DNA of 33,000 nucleotides. Source: Neoechinorhynchus agilis. Taxonomy: Eukaryota > Animalia > Acanthocephala. A model generated the notes under the pieces. It had not been told where the DNA came from, did not search any database, and worked only from the letters and a program-made list of their open reading frames with translations. A program made the position numbers and the translations under genes. Each line of letters opens with the position of its first letter. Position 1 is the first letter of the stretch. Location: assembly GCA_051530055.1 (NCBI GenBank), contig CM121341.1, positions 19,136,784 to 19,169,783 on the forward strand, read 5' to 3'. Below, piece after piece: positions 12,266-22,985 of the stretch.

Positions 12266-12520
12266 TTTATTGATAGTTGCAACCTTATTAACCTCCCCTA
12301 TGACTGATTTATTTGTACGAATTTTCGTTTCCATGCAGACCTCCTCAGGCATCTAGAATAGCACATGGTGAGTGTAGCTTGGGCAGGAGCACCCAAGTTC
12401 GGCCCAAGCTACATTCACCATGTACTATTCTAGATGCTTGAAGAGGTCTGCATACAGACGAAAATTCTTACAAATAGGTCAGTCATAGGGAAGATTAATA
12501 AGGTTGTAACTGTCAATAAA
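12266..12520. repeat. Foldback element 2 (arms ~119 bp, 17-nt loop)
   Basis: 12266-12384 versus the reverse complement of 12402-12520: no gaps and about 14 mismatches, 12 of them transitions. Loop is AGGAGCACCCAAGTTCG. Confidence 0.95.
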
Positions 12521-13987
12521 AAAATTAAAATGAAACTAAATTGCTCAATATCACTAGGGCAATTGATAAAACTGTATTGTACAAAATATGTAGCTGGAAA
12601 ATTCGTTAGTCAATGATTGCATTGAGGACCTGTTGAACTTTATGTGGAACTTGCTTTAGTTGAAACATTTTGAATCGTGAAAATCACACTCATGTTTAGT
12701 CAATTTTGAGTTACTATTTTTAAGAACATTCATTATTCACAAAAAGATGACCAAATGTTAATATCGAGAACGAAAGCGAGAAATATAATTTATACCATAG
12801 ATCGTTTGAGAAAAAGACAGGTTAAGAGTATGTTGGCAACATTCTTACATTTATCTTCTTAAATTGATAATATACGAATGCAGTTTTTGTTCAATTCCTT
12901 AAAAATTTCTAGAATTCTAAGGTCAATAAAATGTGGTACTATTTTTAAGAGCTAGCAAAATACCAACCAGGCTTCGTCAAGGTATCATGCTCTTATTTTT
13001 TTTCATTAAGGGTCCATGGCTTGACATTTAGACGCTGTCTATTAACGGATACTACCGCTAGCCAGTTTGGGGTGTGACATTTTCTTTAGAGCTGACCCTC
13101 CTTTGACCGTTTCGCTTCATTTATCACATTCCGCACATAATTATCATTAGCCTATACTCGGAAAATGCCACCATCCCTATCCAAATATCGAAACCCAAAT
13201 ACATTGAATTCGGTTCATAGTATTTTGTATTCTTTGAATAGTGAGACAATCTTGCACACACAAAAAACCAGGGTTTAAACTAAACTTTTTTGCATGATTA
13301 TTAGAACATTTGGATGGTGCTTTTGGGCATTCCAGACTTTCATAAATCTATGACCTATACTCATGGTACTAACTTAATGCTTCCTTGAGTGAAAGAAAAC
13401 GCATTGAGATATGTCGTGAATCATTATTTTACGTCTAAAAGTAAACACCTTTTTTCGGTGTCTTCTAGGTAATCCCGAAGTACATGAACGTTATTTTCGA
13501 ATATTATGTTTTTAACAGCAGAGGGGGGGGTGAATATTTCTACGGCGCGCAAGCGGCTGAAAACAAAAATCCATTTCGTTCTTCGCAAATTGTGCTCTAT
13601 TTTAGTGAAGTATAGCATGATTTGTAAAAAGGGAAACTAAAAAATCTAAAGATTTGTTGGCTGTTTAAATTGTAAACTCATACGCTGTACTGAAGCTCGA
13701 AAAAATAAAGAATTGGTAAGCAAACTGCATACCTTTTGCATAGGATTAAATACTTATTAAATTCCATCCAGATTCCAAATTGAAAGATGTGATCTTTTCT
13801 ATCGTACTAGACGGATAGCAACGTGCTCAAGAATCTCTCGCTGCATAACTGTGTTATGAAAGGAAAACGAATTTACTTAAAATGAAATTTCCGTTTGTAC
13901 GGTCGGAAACGACTTAGAACTATTTAACAACTTCAGGCCGTTTCGAGTGATTAATTGAGAACTTGAGGAATGCCAACCAAGTCTAAA

Positions 13988-14132
13988 TTAACCCTTTGCA
14001 CTCGATTAAAATTTTAAGGTCGTTGACCCCAGATCGGAATATATTTTGAAATTTATACCGGGGAAAAGCATAAAACCAGTTTTGAAAATAAAAATGTCCC
14101 ACCGTGTGGGACAGTCGAGGGAAAAGGGTTAA
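13988..14132. mobile_element. piggyBac-type MITE (137 bp between TTAA sites)
   Basis: TTAA-CCCTTTGCACTCGA ... TCGAGGGAAAAGGG-TTAA: 14-bp TIRs with 2 mismatches, CCC/GGG ends and a TTAA TSD. Subterminal palindrome TGTCCCAC-CGT-GTGGGACA. Confidence 0.8.
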
Positions 14133-15604
14133 AGAGGTCTATGAATGTACTTTTCAGCAGACACAAAAGTCAGCGACCGCAACGGACACTTTATGGAAAC
14201 TGTGTGTTCGAAAGCTGTCTAGTGCAAATGGCACTTTTTTAAATATTTCATAATGGCGTCATATGGATCTTTGTTGAAATTGTTCGCCTTGACCAAAAGG
14301 TCACCTATTTTGAGATGCGCTGTTATGATTTTGCTCTGAACGAAAATCTCGCTAAGACCATGCCTCGACCGAATACACAACGCAACGATTCGCGAAAACA
14401 ATTTCCGGACCTGACGTGTTTCTATTGTATTATTTGGATATGTAGCATGCCCATTATCCAGCAAAAGGTTGTGTTCCAACACTACTAGATTATATCTCTA
14501 AAGACAGGTATCGTATTAGAAATGCTTTAGGAGTAGAAACAAGGTTTATACTTACGACTTCTTAACTAATCGAACATATAGAACGTTTTTTTGTGTTCTA
14601 AGGACCATTGAGGTGTGCCGGGTTAATAGAGTTTTGACTGTTTTGGTGAGAGAAATTGAACTTCAGCGATAAAGGTCAAATGACGAGTTGGACCAAGTTA
14701 TTTTTAAGAATATAGAAGTACTCAAATGTCAAATGTGATCGAGTGCTTTTCCTAAAGAAAGACGGCTAAAACGTGGTTACAATCAAGAATTCTCCACGGA
14801 GAATCTGCGACGATTAATAGACACTTTTGTGACAAAAATTAAGCATAATGCCGATTTCAGCTCAGATATACGTATTTGTGATAAGTTACATGTTGGCTTC
14901 TGAAATTTAGATTTGTTTCGCACAGATAATGGACATATTCGATTTAGTTTTGGATCAAAAATGTGTATTGTTTTCTTAATTGTGGTACGGCAAAACCTTG
15001 GGATCATTTGTGATGGAAAGTAATTCGATTAATAGGAGATGGGTTCAATGGAGCACAATGCTAAGCTTGTTCCTTAGGTGAAGTATTTGGTTAATGGGAC
15101 ACAAGATGAGTACTAATTGATCATAAGAGCTTCGACGAATCGGCTCATAAGATTTATCATGTTCATGTGTGATTTTGCGTGAATATAGGGCCCATTAGGT
15201 AAAAATCGGAACCATGAATGGTTCAACTTTTGCCTAGCATGCGAAGGCACTCGATAGAACAACTGAGTCCACCACGTATTTATCCGCAAATTGGCATTTT
15301 TATCATTTGTTTTGCATTATCCGATTGCACTGGGTTGTCAGGGTATTCCTATAAAAGGCGATGGATAGGAATTTTTCGAAATAACCAAGAATTCAGAGCC
15401 GTACAGTGTGTGCCGATCTCTAAATAAGAAACATAGTTTTCTTTATGTAAGTGTGTCCTATAGCACGTAAAGTGGCAATTTTCTGGGTACAGAGGAAACA
15501 GGGAGAGTACAATAGGTCCAGTGTTCCTATGTCTATAATGGTTTGTTGGTAGAAGTGTATCTTTCGGTTGAATGATCCACACAGAACACAAAGTTTGCAG
15601 ATAT

Positions 15605-16904
15605 ATGTGTCCATCGCTCGCCCAATGTTGTGCCATGCCCCTGGAACCTGTAGAAATGAAAATAGAAACAGACCCGTTCCCGTACAAGATCGAAGATAGC
15701 GTGATTGGGAAGGGTCGTTATGCATTAGTGAAGAAATGTAGACGTTTGAAGGACACTAGCAACGACGAAAACCACGAGTCGACATCTTCTCCCATCTTCG
15801 CAGTCAAAGTAACGAAGAGTAGAAGGCGAATGGAAATTCAAAAGGAGCTAGAGATTCTCAAACTCGGTCTGGGACACGAGAATATCATTCAACTAGAAGG
15901 AGCATATTGTCTAAATTCGAGGGAGTGCGCAATTGTGCTTGAATATGCGGAAGGCGGTGATCTTCAGACGTTGGTGGAAAGAGAAATTCGATTAAGAACC
16001 AATGATCCTGTGGAACAGTTTGAGAAGCGAACCCTTGAGGAGAAGCACAGGACCATTGATTAAGCGAATCTGATGTAGCCAGGATTGTGAGTCAGATACT
16101 TAATGCACTGGATTTTTTACATTTTAACACTGTTATTCATTTGGATCTGAAACCGCAGAATGTGCTTTTGATGCACAGTTGGCCGAACTACTCAATGATC
16201 AAACTATGTGACTTTGGATTGTCGCATAAAGCTGGACAAAGGGATGGTCAATTAATCGCTGGAACGCCTGATTATATGGGTAAGCTTGTTGATTCTAGAA
16301 ACATTGATCAAAATCCAAGACGATTTTCACGATTAGAGTGGGCCTAAAAATGGATATCGACTGTGATTGTCTCCGAACATCTTAAGAAAAGAACTTTACG
16401 CTGCCTTTTAACTCTGAAGTCCCACATTTATGGAAATTTTAGCAAAATAAACAAAGAAACGCAATTGGTCTTTCTCTAGTTTCCTCGAGCTGCATTTTTA
16501 AATAATTCAATAAACTAATATTCACTATTTTGATCTGTTTAGCCCCTGAGGTTATTGGATATGATCCTCTAACGACCGCTTGTGACATGTGGAGTTTGGG
16601 TGTTGTGACCTACGTCCTACTGACGAACGGACTGTGTCCCTTCAGTGGTTCAACGGATCAAGAGACCTACGCAAATATAACAAAGGCTGATTACGATCTT
16701 GACGATCTTCAAGAGACTTCATCTCCGGATGCAGTTGCCTTTGTGGTGAACCTTTTGCAGGTTCGGCCTGAGAAACGATTGAGAGCTTCAGAGTGTTTGG
16801 TGCACACTTTTATCAATAGTGAAAGCAAGAAGGAAAAAGTACGAATTGTATCTTCAGACTGCTCAAATGTTGTCACAACCCCGGTACCCACGTGTGCTCA
16901 TTAG
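15605..16904 (+). CDS. STK17: DRAK/STK17 (DAPK family) Ser/Thr kinase
   Basis: GKGRYALVKKC, FAVK, HENIIQL, LEYAEGGDL, HLDLKPQN (DRAK signature), KLCDFG, AGTPDYM/APE, DMWSLGV. A 263-nt GTAAG..TTAG intron lies at 16280-16542. A 68-nt insertion at 15997-16064 must be removed to keep the frame. Start could be 15605 or 15635. Confidence 0.9.
15997..16061. mobile_element. 65-bp MITE-like insertion with 16-bp TIRs and AAG duplication (introner-like)
   Basis: The left end AACCAATGATCCTGTG matches the reverse complement of the right end, AATCAATGGTCCTGTG, at 14/16. AAG flanks both sides (15994-15996, 16062-16064). Confidence 0.7.
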
Positions 16905-16925
16905 AGAAAAAAGACAAGAATTTAC

Positions 16926-17621
16926 TCAGTCGTGTGTAGAGGCCGCAGCTGCTGGATTCAAGAATAAACCAATTACCCATTCGATTGCTTGTCGGCCCTG
17001 TATGTACAAATGAGATCTTGGCCAAAATAATTATTCCACAAGAAACCTTTTGGGCATTTGCATTGATTGTATTAGTTATGAGCCCTTCCATCACTGATGA
17101 CAACGGCACGTTAGACACTTTCACAATGGCCTCTTGTTTTAAAAGAGTTCTAAAGACAAAATACTCTTTCGAAGAGAATCGGCAAAATACCTCTGATCGT
17201 TCTTAGGGTCCGGTCGATATTCTAAATATTCGTCAACCGATACAACGTTAGTGAACGTAAGATTTCGTGACATCATTTTAAATGTACGGTTCCTGAAATT
17301 GATTTCTGACAGTTCTGATCCATAAGTTTTAAAGAGGTCGCAGTTTTCGGCTGACAGCGAGCCAAGACCAAGGAGCCGTTGAGCCCACGGAGCGAATCCG
17401 AGGCTGCATGTCACTAGTCGATGTGTCCTTATTATTCCATTTGAGGTAACCCGATCGAGAACGTCTACTCCCGTGACAGATGTGTTCAATGGATTCGGGT
17501 ATTTCTTTGCGGCTGCCGCAACAACTGTCTCCCACGAGTGACTATGAATAACGTTAATAGATTAAATTTTTCTTACAGAAAGTACACACTCGAAGGTATG
17601 TTCAGATGTCCAAATGCGCAT
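16926..17621 (-). CDS. PRELID3B: PRELI-domain lipid transfer protein (slowmo / PRELID3)
   Basis: Exons 17621-17590, 17541-17191, 17149-17047, 16997-16926; introns of 48, 41 and 49 nt. Protein: MRIWTSEHTFDHSWETV..KKYPNP..VTGVDVLDR..THRL..SRNLTFTNVVSVDE..LKQEA..NAQKGRQAIEWVI. Confidence 0.93.
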
Positions 17622-17942
17622 CGGTAGTGGATTAAATCTACAAACCTTACATTATGAAAATTGTTTTTAGAACGCAACAACGAAACGCACAACGGACCTC
17701 TAGATCTTAGAATATTGGTGGAACTTTCAGTTTGGACGCCAAATAAAGCAGTGATCTTTTCTTCATGAGCTAAAAAATAAAGATCTCGGTTTTTTTGATC
17801 GCTTTATCCGAAAATTAGGTAGAGAATTTATAACAAAACAATTTTCTCGCTCAAAAGGGTCCCGAAAAAACAGAGAAAAAGTATGGAAATGTTGGCTCTT
17901 TATAAATACTACATCGTGATCGGCTAAGATTCTTCATTAAAA

Positions 17943-18690
17943 TCATCGACAGAAAATTGTGCGGGATGATAGAGTATTAGAGATGTGGTGAACACCTGAT
18001 AAACGTATTTTATTGACATATTTCGAAAGAGGAAGCTTCGCATTATCGTTTATTGCATGAAAGTAGAGATTTGAAATCCGGTGATTATGAAAACCACAAT
18101 TTTGAGAATATAAATGTTTTTTTAGTTCATGGATAAGAATGCTCGGTAGACATAGGATCGAAGACTCAGGATGTGAAATTTCCTTGAACGTTTCCATTCT
18201 AAGAAAACCAAATCATTTACTGACAAAATAAATGCACTATATCAAAAAAGAGTTATTCGCAGAGGAAAGGAAAAGAAGTTTCTTAAAAATCATGACGTTC
18301 CACCGCTGAGGTCATTAATGCGTAACTCATTGACAAAAGCACTAGCTCGAATAAAAAGAAGATGAACTGTTCAAATGTCAGCGGGAGTGAGACATCTTGA
18401 GGATTGGATGAATTGCCCATGAAACACGTCATATAGTAGACTTCAGAAAGAGTCATCGGGCGCAATACAAACGAAAGAACATCATCTGATCGAAAACTGT
18501 CAAATCAGCTTCGTATGGAAATGGTAGTCCGTCGAATGGAACTTCTATTTGTAGACCGTTTCGAATTGGTGATCTCTACGCTGCGAGGACGGCTGATACT
18601 CCTTGTTTGCCAAATTTTAAAGTCGTCGGTCGTTGCCTCGAAGTTAGCGACCGAATGCAGATTTCGAACCGCGGCAGATATTTTTAAACA
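17943..18690 (-). CDS. Possible exons of an unidentified gene
   Basis: Several open, protein-like stretches (18283-18465, 17943-18197 with a TTAG acceptor directly before it, and ~18520-18690). No family recognised and the exon chain is not resolved. Confidence 0.25.
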
Positions 18691-18698
18691 ATCAGCTT

Positions 18699-19263
18699 CT
18701 GATCAAGAACACCCTCCTTCGGACGAGGCCTGGCGTCAAGCGTCCTTGCCTGTGTCATCCGGCGGTTAGGGTTTCGGAAAAGCAGCCGATATTTCTCTTC
18801 CAGCTTATGTGGAATCGTATGAAGCAAGCCGAAAAATAGTTCAATCCGTTCTTGGCGAGAATTACACTTTGGATGGAGATTTCGTTGAGGGTGTGGAGAT
18901 TCAGGCAGCGAGCAGGTCCCCGTCAATGGTTGCAAACAATCAGTTTGGGACTCACCCATGGTAGCGAGAATTCATAACTCTTTAATTTCAGATTCTCGTG
19001 ACCTGGTGAACCGAACTCACATGGCGGCAATCTCTACTTGAGAATCGGGTGCTTGGCTCAGTGCTATCCCAATCGCTTCTGCGGGTACCCTTCTTTTCGA
19101 CGAGACAGTAATTATTGCAGTGTCCTACAAAACATTAGTCTGGATGTGCAACGGGGGAACGCTGCATCCGTCCTTTCGACCATTACACCAGGACGGCAGC
19201 TGAGTGATCCCGAGTGGTGGTGTGAATATTTTTATGAGAGGGAGAAAATCGTAGAATAAAAAA
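18699..19263 (+). mobile_element. Short CRE-clade retrotransposon copy, 5'-truncated and internally deleted
   Basis: Matches the 3430-3580 copy, then reads KQSVWDSP, ESGAWLSAIP..G..IIAVS and joins directly to LQNISLDVQRGNAASVL. A short A-rich tail follows. Candidate degenerate TSD: TTAAACA-ATCAGCT / TTGAACAGATCAGCT. Confidence 0.8.
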
Positions 19264-19633
19264 TTGAACAGATCAGCTAAGCGCTGGTTAAAAGCTTATA
19301 TAATTTCTTAAGATGATTGTGCCGCCAATGGATTTTAACGACATATAATGACCGAGTAATCGAGCTGAATTCAGGCTCGACGATATATAACTGATCCATC
19401 GAAACACGCATGCGGTGAAAAAGAAAATGAGTCCCGATTCCTAAACCAAATTGAAATGTCTAATGAAATTGTTGTAAAACGCGATGATTTGCTGTCAAAT
19501 AGTCGCAAACGCGCATATCTGTATTTTCTTGACAATTTATCGCCTATTTTCACCTTTGCTATTCCTTCGGAATTGCGACACAATTCATTTGAAGCCTTTT
19601 AACCGTACGAGTATTTTACAAAATTGCCTAAAA

Positions 19634-20059
19634 ATGTCAAGTACCGATTCTTTATTGAGTGAATTAAGGAATATTCATGGCGGATACACGAACACAGCAC
19701 TTGGTCGGTCTTTGCGGGACGCACTCGATGAACTGATCGAAGAAGGTTCAATGTCTAATGATTTAGCTGAGCGTGTCATGAAAGGGTTTGAAAATATGAT
19801 GACTGATACTGATTTCGATACTGATAAATCCTTTTTGACCATCGATGGCCATATCCGCGATTGCAAATGTATTGACAACAACTGGATTATTTGGGTCGAT
19901 GATTGCAGGCTGTCCGATGGGGATTTCGTGTTTGATTCCCGATGTGCCAAAATTTTGGCTTTGGACGCAAGGCCGAAGAAATCGATCAAACGCAATGCGG
20001 CAAAAAAAGGATTGCGCCAAGGGAAAGAAGTAAGGCGTCCCAAACAGGATGAAAGTTAA
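19634..20059 (+). CDS. GTF2A2: Divergent, intronless TFIIA small (gamma) subunit
   Basis: YTNTALGRSLRDALDELIEEGSMSNDLAERVMKGFE aligns with human [36 protein letters not shown]. DNNW matches DNVW and AKILALDA matches VKIVACDG. 141 aa. Confidence 0.85.
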   Translation: MSSTDSLLSELRNIHGGYTNTALGRSLRDALDELIEEGSMSNDLAERVMKGFENMMTDTDFDTDKSFLTIDGHIRDCKCIDNNWIIWVDDCRLSDGDFVFDSRCAKILALDARPKKSIKRNAAKKGLRQGKEVRRPKQDES

Positions 20060-20287
20060 AATTTAGCGAACCGTAGATGGTCTTTAATTTACTGATAGAT
20101 CTCTTTAATATATCTAGAGCATACACAATTTTGTTTGAGAATAGCGGTTTTTATTTGACAATCGATATTTGTGGGGTCACAGGGAAGTCCATTTTAGCGT
20201 TAATCGTAATTCAATGCCTTTAGTGGAAGTAGACTGCTTTTCGCTGGATCGTATGCAAAAAACGGAGTCAAACTTACAAAAAGGATA

Positions 20288-20370
20288 GTGATAATAACAC
20301 GTTTTATTGTTGATCAAAATAGAGGAACAATGCACCTCTGTGTCCCAGTGAACAGTTAAACTCGAGAACA
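20288..20370 (-). mobile_element. Very short copy carrying only the CR1/L2-like 3' tail
   Basis: Minus strand AGAGGTGCATTGTT...AATAAAACGTGTTATTAT matches the termini of the 2258 and 20455 copies. Confidence 0.55.
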
Positions 20371-20454
20371 CTCGAATTCTGATAAGTTAAATGAATGTGG
20401 TTTTTTTTATTTTGGAGTGGATGACGGTTACGGTCGGATGGGAAAGTGGGTCGT

Positions 20455-22185
20455 TATTTAATAATAACACGTTTTTATTACTACACACCCAAACAAGCAC
20501 GGGAACCATGTATCTTTGGATTCGTGCTGTTTGATTGAGACTGAATTCGAAAAGAGTTGCAAGTCGTCGCATGTGCATGAGTCTACCTCCGATTCAAGCC
20601 GTAGGTAGACTCATGGGTTGATTGTGCGATGGCAAAAAATGATTTTTTATATAGTGTGGTGCAAGGGAGAGGCGAATTGAAGCTGTTCGGACATGGCGTA
20701 TTTCGGACGGGTTCCCCTGGCGAGATGAACGTGAGAAATTTAGATGGAAGGGAACGCAGGGAGGTAATGTATTTATCGAAGATTTTGGAAAGATGTTCTT
20801 CGATTGGTGGGAGGTCCTTGGAGCCAATTTTGCAGGCTCGTTTATTTAGAGAGGAGAGCAAGCGCAGTTGATGGGTGGATAAATTGCAAAAGGTTGGGTG
20901 TGCATATGAGATTGCAGGGATCACAACAGACCAACAGAAATGTGCTAGATCGCGTGGGCTGACTCCGAGGAAACGCAAGCGCTTGATTAAATGCAATTTA
21001 GCAGTGGTTTTTGCTACGATGGCATTAATGTGGATGTCCCATTTGAGGTTGTGTTGGAGGAAGATTAGGCCCAGAATGCGAAGCGATGTGATGCGTTGGA
21101 TATCGAGAGGGAGCGGTGAAATATCAGTCCTAGGTTTTCGAAGCGACGGAATAAGTTCATAAGATTTGGAGAAATTAATTGAGAGCTGATGGGTGGTGCA
21201 AAAATCTTTAAGATTTTCAATCTCTGCGGACGTGAGGCTGAGCGAGAGTGATGGAGGAGCACGGGTTAAGATGGTTAGGTCGTCCGCATAAAAGAAATAT
21301 TTAGCGGACGTTGAGAGGGGTGTAAGGTCGTTGAGAAAAATATCGAAAAGTAAGGGCGATAGTACTGCTACTTATGGCACACCGCAATGTATGGGAAGCG
21401 TCGTTGAGTGGGTATTTCCGCATTGAAAATATTGCGACCGGTTTGCGAGGAAAGAAGTGAGCTAGCTTATTTGCCAGGGTAAGAAGACAAATTTCTCGCA
21501 GGCCTTAACGAGAAGATCATGATCTACAGAGTCAAAGCCTTGGCAAGATCCACCTGGATGAGGCGACAAACGAAAGACGGTTCTTTGTCAAGATTGCGCA
21601 GAATTGAATCGTAAATGCACAAGAGGGCGTTGGTACAAATGAATCCTGGTCGGAAGCCGAATTGGTTAGATGAAATGTTTTGTAAAAAGATGGGAGGATG
21701 CGAGTTTTGAAACATTTTTCAAAAATTTTAGAAAACGGCGGGAGTAGAGATATAGGGCGAAAGGATGACAGAGAAACGGGTTTCCCCGCCTTAGGGATAG
21801 GAATGACGCGAGCGGTCTTCAGGCAATCTGGAAAAATCCGCGAGCGTGAAGACGCTCAGTGAAACTCTTGTGGAGTTCTGGGTAATCGGGAGCTAAAGGA
21901 CTTTTTTACCTTGTCTTGCAGTGATTTTAGTAAAGGTGAAAACCACGGTGGATCACGATTCGACATACGAGTCATTTTCCGAGGGAAAGACATGCGCATG
22001 CAATGGACTAAAGTATTGTGCAATGCCGCCATGGCTTTAGACGGGTCGTTGCTGAATATAGAACTTCGGATTCCGGGTAGGGCATCCCTTACCTTGTTGA
22101 ACAAGGAGTGAGAGTGATGCTCACATTTATCCGAGACCGGGAAGAGAGCTTGTGTGGTCGGGTCTTTCCTCCGGTTCATTTCGAG
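20455..22185 (-). mobile_element. CR1/L2-like LINE, 5'-truncated and frameshifted (linker, RT, 3' tail)
   Basis: In order: PPWFSP, NQFGFRPG, QVDLAKA, GVP..VLSPLLFDIFLNDL, YADDL, LKWDIHI..HLIKRLRFLG, TTLYKKSF, then tail AATAAAAACGTGTTATTATT. Confidence 0.92.
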
Positions 22186-22889
22186 TCATTACATTCGAGA
22201 AGATTATGCAGTACTAAAATCGTATTTTTTGTTAAATGGTGTTTTTTAAGTCTGCGTTTTTGATTACTAAAATTTTGTGGCTCATAGTATCAAAGATTAC
22301 ACCGCTGCGATTATTTGAAGGACGCAAAACTTACATTTCTGAAACATAATAGAAATGATAAAGTAAGCAATTTTTATAGTTACTTTTTATGAGTTTAAAG
22401 CTTTGTACCTTAGTGATGTTTACTTCCTCCAAAAAAGGTGGTCACCAAAATCAACAGAATATTCACGGTCGACTTTCTTTTGAGCAACGCTATCATAAAA
22501 AAAGAGTTACTTCGATAAATAGTCTTAAAGTTATCTTTTTCATGGGGGCTCAAACAAGTAAACTACAAGCACTACTGAAGGTTGATGTTTCTCGATTTGA
22601 TTATACGTTTATGCGCTAGTGCACCGTGTTTTTTTGTTATTTGTCAGCGAAGAACACGATGGAAATGGTTTAATAAAATACGCACTGGAGTTCATGTAGC
22701 AGTGATGTCTGGTATTCGGACTTCTAAAGAGGTTAGAGACGCTATTGCATTCTAAACCAACGAAGTTTTAACTTCACTGCACTTTCTCCCTCCTTACGAA
22801 AACCGAATACAAACGCGTGTTTCTACTCGTTCATCACCTTTCTTGGTCGACAGGAACACACTTAATCAATCAAAGTAACGATGTAATGC

Positions 22890-22985
22890 TGCTGGCGTGA
22901 TAACGACAGCCGAGGAAGGAGAGAAGCTCCAATTTTGCGGACGCTGGTGATTGCACGTTTTGTGTTTTATTATTGTAAAACCTAG
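22890..22985 (-). mobile_element. Second copy of the CACTA-like transposase exon seen at 32420-32495
   Basis: GFTIIKHK..KLELLSFLGCRYH follows an AG acceptor. It is a clear DNA match to 32420-32495 apart from a ~25-nt indel flanked by CAAAA. Confidence 0.5.

Noticed and set aside
14140-15540. ORFs 14219-14482, 14783-15007 and 15218-15427
   Set aside because: Possibly old transposase or gene debris, but no motif or splice chain could be supported.
16050-16070. Euplotes-like programmed +2 frameshift at GAT-TAA in DRAK, or a reassigned stop codon
   Set aside because: It would keep about 22 extra residues, and the TIR/TSD explains the shift more simply. TAA, TAG and TGA all act as normal stops in the host genes.
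17320-17365. Extra 41-nt GT-AG intron explaining the ~9-aa insert in PRELID3
   Set aside because: Removing it shifts the frame and deletes the conserved KTY..E motif.
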